This document shows, piece by piece, positions 45,833 to 61,091 of a stretch of DNA of 64,000 nucleotides (positions are counted from its first letter, which is position 1; each line of letters starts with the position of its first letter). Under the pieces are notes generated by a model. That model worked only from the letters and a program-made list of their open reading frames with translations. It searched no databases and was not told the DNA's origin. Made by a program: the position numbers and the translations under genes. The stretch is taken from positions 8,990,001 to 9,054,000 of the forward strand of contig OZ024756.1 in NCBI GenBank assembly GCA_964016885.1. The letters run 5' to 3'. The DNA comes from Eledone cirrhosa. Its lineage: Eukaryota.

Positions 45833-46181
45833 ATTGAGAGATAGGTGGGGTGCATGGGTGAGGTTTGGGGAAGATTGGGATGTTTTGTGAGAGAAGAGAG
45901 AAAGCTGTCCAGGCTATTGTCATGTGACAGATTCGGGGTGGGGGGTAGATGATAGACGATGGGGTTACCGACTAGGCTGTTATCACGTGACTAATTCAAG
46001 ATGCGGCGGAAGGGGTATGCTGACAAGGCCGTAGTCACGTGACGGATTCGTGGTAGTGTGTCGACTAGACCGTAGACACGGACCCAGATCTGAAGTTGGG
46101 CTGTGACTGATTTAGGGGTACAGACTAGGCCCTAGTCATGAGTCCACTATATTTAAAGGGCCCCAAATAGGTTTTTTGGTA

Positions 46182-46400
46182 GTGGATTGGCAGAATCGGT
46201 AGAACCTTTGAAAAACAAATAGTTTAGAAGGTACTTCGTCCGTCTCTTTACGAACTAACTTATTCAAATCTCGCCGAGGTCAACTTTACCTTTCATCCTT
46301 TTGAGGTCGATAAAATAAAGTACCAGTCAAGTACTGGGGACGATATAATCGTATTTCCGCTTCTCCTATATTGCTGGCCTTGTGCCTAAATCAGAAATCA
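46182..46400 (+). mobile_element. Older SINE copy
   Basis: GTGGATTGGCAGAATCGGTAGA...CCTTTCATCCTTTTGAGGTCGATAAAATAAAGTACCAG. Confidence 0.75.
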
Positions 46401-46435
46401 GAAATGATAAATTATATCGAAGGAAATTTACATCT

Positions 46436-46646
46436 AGGGACCCCAAGCATGCTTAAAAGCCCCGCCACCTAAGTTTAAAAGGTCCCAGGGAATCTTAAAA
46501 AGCCCTAAGCAAGCAAGCTTAAAAGGCCCCAAGCAAGCTTAAAAGGTCCCACGAAAGCTTTAAAGGCCCCAAGCAAGCTTAAAAGGTCCCAAGCAAGCTT
46601 AAAAGGTCCCAAGCAAGCTTAGAAGGTCCCACGCAAGCTGGGACCC
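46436..46646. repeat. 20-bp tandem repeat AAGCAAGCTTAAAAGGTCCC
   Basis: About 9 degenerate units. Confidence 0.85.
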
Positions 46647-46834
46647 TGCAGTTGGTAGTGTTGAACGACCTGTCTTTGACACTATGATCTCGTGTGAAAA
46701 CGTCTCGGCTGTCTAGAAGTATTAATATCAAAGAGTTGCCCCAGATTCAAAGAATTTCATCGTTAATTTCTGTTCTTTGTCAGTGGAAACACGAGACTCT
46801 TAGAAAACTGATTTGAAAGAAATAACAACATACA

Positions 46835-49333
46835 TATCATACACACTGCTACACATATACATATACACTGCTACACATAAACACATACACTGCTAGACAT
46901 ATACACATACACTGCTAGACATATACATTCACTGCTAGACATATGCATACACTGCTAGACATATACATACACTGCTAGACATATACATACACTGCTAGAC
47001 ATATGCATACACTGCTAGACATATACATACACTGCTAGACATATACATACACTGCTAGAAATGCACATACACACTGCTACACATATACATATACATTGCT
47101 AGACATATACATACACTGCTGGACATACGCATACACTGCTAGACATATACACATACACTGCTAGACATATACATTCACTGCTAGACATATTCATACACTG
47201 CTAGACATATACATACACTGCTAGACATATACATTCACTGCTAGACATACACATACACACTGATAGACATATACACATACACTGCTAGACATAGAAACAT
47301 ACACTGCTAGACATATACATACACTGCTAGACATACACATACACTGCTAGACATATACATACACACTGCTAGACATACACATACACACTGCTACACATAT
47401 ACACACACTGCTACACATATACATTCACTGCTAGACATATACATATACACTGCTAGACATACACACACACACTGGTAGACCTATACATATACACTGCTTG
47501 ACATATACATACACTGCTACACATATACATATACACTGCTAGACATATTCACATTCACTGCTAGACATATACAAACACTGCTAGACATATACACATACAC
47601 TGCTAGACATATACATATACACTGCTACACATATACATATACACTGCTAGACATATACACATACACTGCTAGACATATACATTCACTGCTAGACATATAC
47701 ATATACACTGCTAAACATATACATACACTGCTACACATATACATATACACTGCTAGAGATATTCACATACACTGCTAGACATATACATTCACTGCTAGAC
47801 ATATTCAAACACTGCTAGACATATACACATACACTGCTAGACATATACATATACACTGCTACACATATACATATACACTGCTAGACATATACACATACAC
47901 TGCTAGACATATACATACACTGCTAGACATACACATACACTGCTAGACATATACATACACACTGCTAGACATACACATACACACTGCTACACATATACAC
48001 ACACTGCTACACATATACATTCACTGCTAGACATATACATATACACTGCTAGACATACACACACACACTGGTAGACATATACATATACATTGCTAGACAT
48101 ATACATACACTGCTGGACATACGCATACACTGCTAGACATATACACATACACTGCTAGACATATACATTCACTGCTAGACATATTCATACACTGCTAGAC
48201 ATATACATACACTGCTAGACATATACATTCACTGCTAGACATACACATACACACTGATAGACATATACACATACACTGCTAGACATAGAAACATACACTG
48301 CTAGACATATACATACACTGCTAGACATACACATACACTGCTAGACATATACATACACACTGCTAGACATACACATACACACTGCTACACATATACACAC
48401 ACTGCTACACATATACATTCACTGCTAGACATATACATATACACTGCTAGACATACACACACACACTGGTAGACATATACATATACACTGCTTGACATAT
48501 ACATACACTGCTACACATATACATATACACTGCTAGACATATTCACATTCACTGCTAGACATATACAAACACTGCTAGACATATACACATACACTGCTAG
48601 ACATATACATATACACTGCTACACATATACATATACACTGCTAGACATATACACATACACTGCTAGACATATACATTCACTGCTAGACATATACATATAC
48701 ACTGCTAAACATATACATACACTGCTACACATATACATATACACTGCTAGAGATATTCACATACACTGCTAGACATATACATTCACTGCTAGACATATTC
48801 AAACACTGCTAGACATATACACATACACTGCTAGACATATACATATACACTGCTACACATATACATATACACTGCTAGACATATACACATACACTGCTAG
48901 ACATATACATTCACTGCTAGACATATACATACACTGCTAGACATATACATACACACTGCTAGACATACACATACACACTGCTACACATATACACACGCTG
49001 CTACACATATACACTCACTGCTAGACATATACACATACACTGCTAGACATATAGACATACACACTGATAGACATATACACACTGCTAGCCACATACACAC
49101 ACACACTGCTAGGCATACACACACACACTGCTAGACATACACACACACACTGCTAGACATATACACATACACTGCTAGACATATACACACACTGCTAGAC
49201 ATATACACATAAACTGCTAGACATATACACATACACACTGCTAGACATATACACATACACACTGCTAGACATATACACACACACTGCTAGACATATACAC
49301 ACACACTGCTACACATATACACATACACTGCTA
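46835..49333. repeat. 20-22 bp minisatellite ACACTGCTAGACATATACAT(AC) with ~994-bp higher-order duplication
   Basis: Rare variants (GCTGGACATACGC, ACTGATAGAC, CTGGTAGAC) recur about 994 bp apart. Confidence 0.92.
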
Positions 49334-49371
49334 TAGTAGTAGTAGTGGTAGTAGTAGTAGTAGTGGTTGTC

Positions 49372-49448
<77 letters not shown>

Positions 49449-49505
49449 GGTGGTGGTGGTGGTGGTGGTGGTGGTGGTGGTGGTGGTGTAGTAGTAGTGG
49501 TTGTC

Positions 49506-49552
<47 letters not shown>

Positions 49553-49562
49553 AGTAGTAGTG

Positions 49563-49597
<35 letters not shown>

Positions 49598-50949
49598 TGT
49601 AGTAGTATTAGTAGTAGTAGTATTATTATTAGTAGTAGTAGTAGTAGTAGTAATAGTATTAGTGGTAGTGGTAGTAGTAGTAGTAGTAGTGGTAATAGTA
49701 GTAGTAGTGGTAGTAGTAGTAGTAGTGGTAATAGTAGTAGTAGTATCTTTTAATTTAACAATCAACATGAAATGTGTAAAATGGATAATTTAGTGTTTCT
49801 CAGGATTAACTTCTCTTAAAGACTACTACTACTACTACCACTACTACTACTACTACTACTACCACTACTACTACCTCTACTACTACCACTACTACTACCA
49901 CTACTACTACTACTACCACTACTACTACCACCACTACTACTACCACTACTACCACTACTACTACCACTACTACCACTACTACTACCACTACTACTACCAC
50001 TACTACCACTACTACCACTACTACTACCACTACTACTACTACTACTACTACCACTACTACCAGTACTACTACCACTACTACTACTACTACCACTACTACC
50101 GATGCTTCTACCACTACTGCTACTACTACTACTACCACCACCACCACCACTACTACCACCACTACTACTACTACCACTACTACCACCACCACCACCACTA
50201 CTACCACCACTACCACCACCACTACTACTACTACTACCACCACCACCACCACCACCACCACCACTACTACCACCACTACCACCACCACCACCACCACCAC
50301 CACTACTACTACTACTACCACCACCACCACTACTACCACCACCACCACTACCACCACCACCACCACCACTACTACCACCACTACCACCACCACCACCACC
50401 ACTACCACCACTACTACTACTACTACCACCACCACCACCACTACTACCACCACCACCACTACTACCACCACCACCACCACTACCACCACCACCACCACCA
50501 CCACTACTACCACCACTACCACCACCACCACCACCACTACCACCACTACTACTACTACTACCACCACCACCACCACCACTACTACCACCACTACCACCAC
50601 CACCACCACCACTACCACCACTACTACTACTACTACTACTACCACTACTACCAGTACTACCACCACTACTACTACTACTACCACCACCACCACCACCACT
50701 ACTACCACCACTACCACCACCACCACCACCACTACCACCACTACTACTACTACTACCACCACCACCACTACTACCACCACTACCACCACCACCACCACCA
50801 CTACCACCACTACTACTACTACTACCACCACCACCACCACCACTACTACCACCACTACCACCACCACCACCACCACTACCACCACTACTACTACTACTAC
50901 CACCCCCACCACCACCACCACTACCACCACCACCACCACCACCACCACT

Positions 50950-50990
<41 letters not shown>

Positions 50991-51160
50991 CACCACTACT
51001 ACCACCACCACCACCACTACCACCACCACCACCACCACCACTACTACCACCACTACCACCACCACCACTACCACCACCACCACCACCACTACTACCACCA
51101 CTACCACCACCACCACCACTACTACCACCACTACCACCACCACCACTACTACTACCACTA
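49334..51160. repeat. (TAG/TGG)n tract and opposite-orientation (CTA/CCA)n tract around a ~78-bp unique spacer
   Basis: Read directly: 49334-49744 and 49822-51160. Confidence 0.95.
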
Positions 51161-51504
51161 TAGTATGTTCACAATAACAACTTTGTCAACATAAAGATAA
51201 TAATCTCTATTACATGTTCTTTTTTTTCTTATCTCTTTATTTTATTTTATTTTATTGTATTATTTTGTTATTTTGAAGACCCACACCCACCCACCACACA
51301 CACACATCACACCCCTTCTCCCACACAACCCACCTCACTCCACCCCCCAAATCACACAAAACATCAACTATATAAAGAAAAAAAAACAACCCGTGAAATA
51401 ATCTTGTAGGAAATAATTGTTCTGAGAGAATAAAAGACGAGAAAGGGAGAGGGCAGAGAGGGGGGGGGGGGTAGAGAGAGAAAGAGAGGGATAGATAGAT
51501 AGAT

Positions 51505-51564
<60 letters not shown>

Positions 51565-51817
51565 GTGACTCAGTCTGTGGCTGTTTATGGTTGGAATTGA
51601 GATTCCTCCCAAAATAAGGAATAAAACAGTTCTTGTATTTTTTCATTCATTTATTGAAAGTTGTGTTTCGTTCCGTGATTAACTGGAGAAAAAGACAAGA
51701 AAGAAAGAACCTAGAAAGAAAGCATTGTTGACTTTGCCTTTCATCCTTATGGGGTCGATAAAATAAAGTACCAGTAATGCACTGGGTAATTGCTGGCCTT
51801 GTGCCTAAAGTAGAAAC

Positions 51818-51870
<53 letters not shown>

Positions 51871-51971
51871 GAAAGATTTGAATGGATACAGTTTAGTTGA
51901 AAGGAATTTATTGTAATATTTATATTACAACACAACGGAAAATACTGTATATATATATATATATATGTATA

Positions 51972-52018
<47 letters not shown>

Positions 52019-52173
52019 ATATATATATATGTATATATGTATATATGTATATATATATATATGTATATATGTATATATGTATATATGTATATATATATAT
52101 ATGTATATATGTATATATATATATATGTATATATATATATGTGTATATATATATATGTATATATATATATGTG

Positions 52174-52206
<33 letters not shown>

Positions 52207-52263
52207 GTATATATATGTGTATATATATATATGTATATATGTATATATATATATATGTATGTA

Positions 52264-52328
<65 letters not shown>

Positions 52329-52345
52329 GTGTATATATATATGTA

Positions 52346-52410
<65 letters not shown>

Positions 52411-52449
52411 GTGTATATATATATGTATATATGTGTATATATATATGTA

Positions 52450-52488
<39 letters not shown>

Positions 52489-52515
52489 ATATATATGTGT
52501 ATATATATATGTATT

Positions 52516-52638
<123 letters not shown>

Positions 52639-52671
52639 GTGTGTGTGTGTGTGTGTATGTATATATATATA

Positions 52672-53140
52672 TGGAAAAAATGAAATTTCATTTCTCACTC
52701 TTAGTACGGCTGAGCAGCCTAATTTGCCGAACATTATAATAAATGTTCGGTAAACCCATACGTACATATATATATGTATATGTGTGCATGCATGTATGTA
52801 TATATATATATATATTATTGTACGTCTGTATACATAAATGTATGTATATACTTTCAAACGTTCAATCGACTGACAGGAAAGTATATGGTGCTGATGACAG
52901 CTAATAAGCTAGAAACTAGTTCATCGTTCCTTTGTCAGTGTTGAACAAAAGGGCAACGATGGTTGCCGAAGACTGTTCTGCTTAATTCGGGCTGTTTGTT
53001 TACAAACAAACCGAACATTATAATAAATGTTCGGTAAACCCATACGTACATGTATATATATGTCTGCATGTATGTATATATATACATACTACTGTACGTC
53101 TGTATACATATATGTATGTACGTATACATACATACTTATA
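52672..53140 (+). mobile_element. Family H3 element with inverted 5' segment, internal duplication and hammerhead at 52886-52926
   Basis: TGGTG-CTGATGA-CAGC TAATAA GCTA-GAAA-CTAG-TT-CATCG; 52680-52712 is the reverse complement of 41488-41517. Confidence 0.75.
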
Positions 53141-53146
53141 TTTATA

Positions 53147-53219
<73 letters not shown>

Positions 53220-53224
53220 GTGTA

Positions 53225-53339
<115 letters not shown>

Positions 53340-53344
53340 TAATG

Positions 53345-53397
<53 letters not shown>

Positions 53398-56083
53398 TAA
53401 TGTATATGTATATATATATATATACATATATATATATAAGGGATAACAAGTTATCGTTATAGGTAATCCAGTTAGAGGTTGTGAATACTCTGTATTGTGG
53501 ATAGTTTTTGCGTACGGCGTTGTTTGACTCAACAAGAGGTTTCCTTAGGTAGCGAGTATATGAGTTCTCGGGAATTCCTATGTAAGTTAATCTTGGAGTA
53601 ATAATATTGAAAGAGTGAAGAATAACATGGTCAACAGTACAAAAAGGGTTTTAATTACAGTATTAACAATTGTTTCATTTATTAAGTTGTTCTTAAAATT
53701 GCTAATCACTTGAAGTTGTGTCACTCAATTTTAAATACGGTGCATGCTTAACCAAATCATCGGAAAAACTGTTTTAAATTATACACATCGTTTGCAAATT
53801 CAAATTACAACATTAATAAAGAAAGAAAAGAAAAAAAGAAAAAGAAGAAAAAAGAAAAAGATAGATACACTTAATAGCATTAATAAGGAAGGACTTAACA
53901 TAGTTAAAAGACTCAAAATGTCTGATAGAACCGAGCCTCTGACCCTTTGTAAACCCACTTTTAATCTGAAAGATCATAAATACAACTTCGAAACTGACCC
54001 TATTAGATTAATATGCCCATCAAAGTCGGATATAGGTAGAATTAGCAAATATATACTAGATAGAATAATACCACAAATTAAAGACAAACTAATAATTAAG
54101 CTCTGGGGTAACACTAATGAGGCAATAGATTGGTTTAATAAATTAGGCAATAAGGAAACTTCCGACTTCATACAATTTGACATCAATGACTACTACTCCT
54201 CTATTTCCCCAGTAACCCTAAATAAGGCACTAACCTTTGCACAAAAAAACTCAGACCTATCATCTGATGAAATTAAAATAATACTAGCTGCTAGAAGAAC
54301 AATCATTAGGTTCGATAATAGTTACTGGGAAAGAAAAATAGACAAAATAACTTTGATATAACTATGGGATCTAACGATTCAGCTCAAATAACAGACATGA
54401 TCGGAATTTATATAGCACATATCTTACATAAGGAATTTGGTAACCTCCAGGGAGGAATTTATAGAAACGATACATTACTTATAGCTAAAACCTTAAATAA
54501 TCAAAACTTGGAAAGATTACGTAAAAAGATTAGAACCTTCTTCAAAAAATTAGGCCTAAACATCACTTTCGAACTCAACTCTAAAAAAGCTAACTTCTTA
54601 GATGTATCACTCAACCTAAACAAAGGACTAATAGAGCCCTTCTATAAAAATAATGAAAATCTAGCCTACATTAGTTATAACTCAAAACACCCTCGCTCCA
54701 TAATTAGTATATCCCTTAGAATTTCACGCTTATCTTCTAACCTAGAGATTTTTAATGAACACGCTAACTACTACAACATAGCTTTACTTAAGGCAGACCA
54801 CAAAGAGAGGCTCAAATACATACCAGATACAAACAACAACAACAGACTTAACAACAATAACACCACCCACACCTTTAGAAATAACAAACATAGGACTAAA
54901 CATAGAAATAGACAACGGGCACCAGAAATAATTGAACCGTATATTAATAAAAGGACCCCTAAGAACTATAGAAGATCCAGAGATAGGAAATACTTATGGT
55001 TCAATCCAATATTTAACTACTCTATAAAAACCAAACTACCTTATATATTCTTTAAATTAATTGACAAACACTTCCCTAAACTTCACAAATACCATAAAAT
55101 CTTTAATAGAAATACTATCAAACTATCTTACTCTACTGCAACCAACATAGAATCACACATACAGAAAATTAACTATAAAAGAATCTCTAATACAAATAGT
55201 CTCCAAACAAGCACCATAACACCAAATACAAAACACAAACACATAACAACATCACAACACACAACAAAAAATGCATCACAACAAAAAATCAACAAACCCA
55301 AATCTCAGCCCATACATAACAACATACAAAACCCCATCGATGAACCGGCACATAGGAAGGCCTCAAAATGTAACTGTTTCTTACCGGATAAGTGCCCACT
55401 ACAAAATAGATGCCTGGAGTCAAATATAGTGTACCTATGTACTATAAATTCAGGCAACTTAGCATGGCACTACATAGGTTCTACGGCGGGGGAGTTAAAA
55501 AAAAAACCTTGGTACGTCCACAGACATTCTATAAAAAACCGTACACTAATGAATACAACAACGCTCGCCAATAAAATCTGGCAACTCAAAGATACAAATC
55601 AAGAATACAGGATTAACTGGTCTAAATTGTCAGGGACAAAATTGGTATGTCCCACTGTAGACTTTGCAATATGGAATTATTCCATATTTTAAAATGACAA
55701 AATGCTGCTTAACAGCAAAATTGAACGGTCAATTTTCTGTAGACATAAAACAGCAAATAAATTTGATAATTTCAAACCAACTTGATTCGACCCAACAATT
55801 CCATAATTCAAATTATACCACATGAGTCTATTATAATAACCCATTATCATAATTGTTGTTATTATTGTTATTAACTTTCCAATGAACCAACATCATAACC
55901 TATTATATTTTCTCTCTTACATTTTCTATCTTTCAATTTCTTTCCCTAAATATATTTCATCTCCTACATTATAACCCATCGTATTAACTTCCAATTTATT
56001 AATTTATTAATTTAAATAATACATATATGAATATATTTAACACTTTCATGTTTATATCATCGTATCTTTATATTCTAGCCACC

Positions 56084-59000
56084 TACACGACAACCATTTT
56101 AACCACCTACACCACAACTATTTTAACCACCAACACCACAACTATTTTAACAACGAACACCACAACTATTTTAACCACCAATACCACAACTATTTTAACC
56201 ACCAAAACCACAACTATTTTAACCACCAACACCTCAACTATTTTAACCACCAATACCACAACTATTTTAACCACCAACACCACAACTATTTTAACCACCA
56301 ATACCACAACTATTTAAACCACCAACACCACAACTATTTTAACCACCAACACCACAACTATTTTAACCACCAACACCACAACTATTTTAACCACCAATAC
56401 CACAACTATTTTAACCACCTACACCACAACTATTTTAACCACCAACACCACAACTATTTTAACCACCAATACCACAACTATTTTAACCACCAACACCACA
56501 ACTATTTTAACCACCAATACCACAACTATTTTAACCACCAACACCACAACTATTTTAACCACCAATACCACAACTATTTTAACCACCAATACCACAACTA
56601 TTTTAACCACCAACACCACAACTATTTTAACCACCAATACCACAACTATTTTAACCACCAATACCACAACTATTTTAACCACCAATACCACAACTATTTT
56701 AACCACCAACACCACAACTATTTTAACCACCTACACCACAACTATTTTAACCACCAACACCACAACTATTTTAACCACCAACACCACAACTATTTTAACC
56801 ACCAACACCACAACTATTTTAACCACCAATACCACAACTATTTTAACCACCAACACCACAACTATTTTAACCACCAACACCACAACTATTTAAACCACCA
56901 ATACCACAACTATTTTAACCACCAATACCACAACTATTTTAACCACCTACACCACAACTATTTTAACCACCAACACCACAACTATTTTAACCACCAACAC
57001 CACAACTATTTTAACCACCAATACCACAACTATTTTAACCACCAACACCACAACTATTTTAACCACCAACACCACAACTATTTTAACCACCAATACCACA
57101 ACTATTTTAACCACCAACACCACAACTATTTTAACCACCAACACCACAACTATTTTAACCACCAATACCACAACTATTTAAACCACCAATACCACAACTA
57201 TTTTAACCACCAATACCACAACTATTTTAACCACCAACACCACAACTATTTTAACCACCAACACCACAACTATTTTAACCACCAATACCACAACTATTTT
57301 AACCACCAATACCACAACTATTTTAACCACCAATACCACAACTATTTTAACCACCAACACCACAACTATTTTAACCACCTACACCACAACTATTTTAACG
57401 ACCAACACCACAACTATTTTAACCACCAACACCACAACTATTTTAACCACCAACACCACAACTATTTTAACCACCAATACCACAACTATTTTAACCACCA
57501 ACACCACAACTATTTTAACCACCAATACCACAACTATTTTAACCACCAACACCACAACTATTTTAACCACCAACACTACAACTATTTTAACCACCAACAC
57601 CACAACTATTTTAACCACCTACACCACAACTATTTTAACCACCTACACCACAACTATTTTAACCACCAACACCACAACTATTTTAACCGCCAACACCACA
57701 ACTATTTTAACCACCAACACCACAACTATTTTAACCACCAATACCACAACTATTTTAACCACCAACACCAAAACTATTTTAACCACCAACACCACAACTA
57801 TTTTAACCACCAATACCACAACTATTTTAACCACCAACACCACAACTATTTTAACCACCAACACCACAACTATTTTAACCACCAACACTACAACTATTTT
57901 AACCACCAACACCACAACTATTTTAACCACCTACACCACAACTATTTTAACCACCAACACCACAACTATTTTAACCACCTACACCACAACTATTTTAACC
58001 ACCAACACCACAACTATTTTAACCGCCAACACCACAACTATTTTAACCACCAACACCACAACTATTTTAACCACCAATACCACAACTATTTTAACCACCA
58101 ACACCACAACTATTTTAACCACCAACACCACAACTATTTTAACCACCAATACCACAACTATTTTAACCACCAACACCACAACTATTTTAACCACCAACAC
58201 CACAACTATTTTAACCACCAATACCACAACTATTTTAATCACCAACACCACAACTATTTTAACCACCAACACCACAACTATTTTAACCACCAATACCACA
58301 ACTATTTTAACCACCAACACCACAACTATTTTAACCACCAACACCACAACTATTTTAACCACCAATACCACAACTATTTTAACCACCAACACCACAACTA
58401 TTTTAACCACCAACACCACAACTATTTTAACCACCAACACCACAACTATTTTAACCACCAATACCACAACTATTTTAACCACCAACACCACAACTATTTT
58501 AACCACCAACACCACAACTATTTTAACCACCAATACCACAACTATTTTAACCACCAACATCACAACTATTTTAACCACCAACACCACAACTATTTTAACC
58601 ACCAATACCACAACTATTTTAACCACCAACACCACAACTATTTTAACCACCAACACCACAACTATTTTAACCACCAATACCACAACTATTTTAACCACCA
58701 ACACCACAACTATTTTAACCACCAACACCACAACTATTTTAACCACCAATACCACAACTATTTTAACCACCAACACCACAACTATTTAAACCACCAATAC
58801 CACAACTATTTTAACCACCAATACCACAACTATTTTAACTACCAACACCACAACTATTTTAACCACCAACACCACAACTATTTTAACCACCAATACCACA
58901 ACTATTTTAACCACCAACACCACAACTATTTTAACCACCAACACCACAACTATTTTAACCACCAACACCACAACTATTTTAACCACCAATACCACAACTA

Positions 59001-60005
59001 TTTTAACCACCAATACCACAACTATTTTAACCACCAACACCACAACTATTTTAACCACCAACACCACAACTATTTTAACCACCAATACCACAACTATTTT
59101 AACCACCAACACCACAACTATTTTAACCACCAACACCACAACTATTTAAACCACCAATACCACAACTATTTTAACCACCAATACCACAACTATTTTAACC
59201 ACCAATACCACAACTATTTTAACCACCAACACCACAACTATTTTAACCACCAATACCACAACTATTTTAACCACCAACACCACAACTATTTTAACCACCT
59301 ACACCACAACTATTTTAACCACCAACACCACAACTATTTTAACCACCAACACCACAACTATTTTAACCACCAATACCACAACTATTTTAACCACCAATAC
59401 CACAACTATTTTAACCACCAACACCACAACTATTTTAACCACCAACACCACAACTATTTTAACCACCAACACCACAACTATTTTAACCACCAACACCACA
59501 ACTATTTTAACCACCAATACCACAACTATTTTAACCACCAACACAACTATTTTAACCACCAACACCACAACTATTTTAACCACCAATACCACAACTATTT
59601 TAACCACGAACACCACAACTATTTTAACCACCAACACCACAACTATTTTAACCACCAACACCACAACTATTTTAACCACCAACACCACAACTATTTTAAC
59701 CACCAATACCACAACTATCTTAACCACGAACACCACAACTATTTTAACCACCAATACCACAACTATTTTAACCACCAACACCACAACTATTTTAACCACC
59801 AATACCACAACTATTTTAACCACCAACACCACAACTATTTTAACCACCAACACAACTATTTTAACCACCAACACCACAACTATTTTAACCACCAATACCA
59901 CAACTATTTTAACCACCAACACCACAACTATTTTAACCACCAACACAACTATTTTAACCACCAACACCACAACTATTTTAACCACCAACACCGCAACTAT
60001 TTTAA
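56084..60005. repeat. 24-bp tandem satellite, about 163 units, almost G-free on the plus strand
   Basis: Unit ACCACAACTATTTTAACCACCAAY. Confidence 0.97.
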
Positions 60006-60307
60006 ACAATCATATTATGTTCATTTTCTTCGCACACATAACATTTATTTTTTCATGTATCATCTTCGCTATAACTTATTTATTATTATTCATTTATTAT
60101 CAATACTTTTATTTTTTCTCTCTATTTTTCTTTTTCTTTATCTTTTTTCTTTCTTCTTTTTTTCTTCTTTCTTTTTTCTTCTCTCTTTCTCTCTTTCTTT
60201 CTCTTTTTTTCTCTCTATATCTTTTCCTTTTTTCTTCTTTTTCTTTTTTCTTTTCTTTCTTTATTAATGTTGTAATTTGAATTTGCAAACGCTGTATATA
60301 ATTTTAA

Positions 60308-60422
60308 ACAGTTTTTCCGATGATTTGGTTAAGCATGCACCGTATTTAAAATTGAGTGACACAACTTCAAGTGATTAGCAATTTTAAGATAACTTAATCA
60401 ATGAAACAATTGTTAATACTGT
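60308..60422 (+). ncRNA. Hammerhead motif with CCGATGA core and long helix II insertion; mirrored at 53657-53772 (-)
   Basis: ACAGTTTTT-CCGATGA-TTTGGTTAAG..(~60 nt)..CTTAATCAAT-GAAAC-AATT-GTT-AATACTGT. Confidence 0.6.
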
Positions 60423-60553
60423 AATTAAAACCCTTTTTGTACTGTTCACCATGTTATTCTTCACTCTTACATATATATATATATATACACTTGTTCGATT
60501 GAAACTCATTACATATATATATATATATATATACATACAGAAGGAGAGAGAGA

Positions 60554-60628
<75 letters not shown>

Positions 60629-61091
60629 GTTCCATTGAAAATTATTATATTTGGAAATCAGAAGTTTTTATTTTTTAATGTATGACTTATGTTATTTGAC
60701 TTTTTTTTTTAAACCTCCTTTTGCTTGGAAATCCCCACCACCACCACCACCACCACCAACACTAACACCAGACAGACACACATACACATACATACACTTG
60801 CACAGTCACACATCCACACACACAACCACTTTTTCGAAGTCAAAAAACAGGTACCAGTCTAGTACTGGAGTCGTTCATGTCAGAAAACATGTTTCAATGA
60901 TGTTTAAGTATAAAGGAAGTGCCCAAACGTAGAAATGCTATAAAGATAGCTTATAAAATTGGGTGAAGACCCTTAAAAGAGGGGGAAATAAGTTGCCATC
61001 GGCTGCTTTGAGGGACTGGCTGATGGCAAATTCCTTTCACCTCTTTTACAGGTCTTCACTCTAGGTAGCTAATAAAAATTAGCTACCTTTA

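Larger units (their letters stand above)
53438..60468 (+). mobile_element. Naiad-like Penelope retroelement, 5'-truncated, with inverted 5' pLTR (53611-53865) and 3' pLTR (60216-60468)
   Basis: LKDHK, RLICPSKSDIGRISK, FDINDYYSSI, MGSNDSA, GIYRND (YRDD decayed), WFNP...HKIFNRNTIKLSYS, CNC-x5-CP, YIGST, CRLC, CRHK; ~255-bp inverted repeat holding a hammerhead. Confidence 0.85.

Noticed and set aside
45907-46145. CRISPR-like repeat/spacer pattern
   Set aside because: Repeats are degenerate, spacers range from 13 to 35 bp, and there are no cas genes; kept only as a regulatory candidate.
55360-55785. Selenocysteine recoding in the Naiad-like ORF (reported for some Naiads)
   Set aside because: Conserved Cys positions use TGT/TGC; the TGA near 55695 is not at a Cys position and is followed by TAA, so a frameshift explains it.
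56027-60009. TTILTTNT / VVKIVVVL repeat proteins
   Set aside because: Translations of the 24-bp satellite, with frameshifting unit variants.
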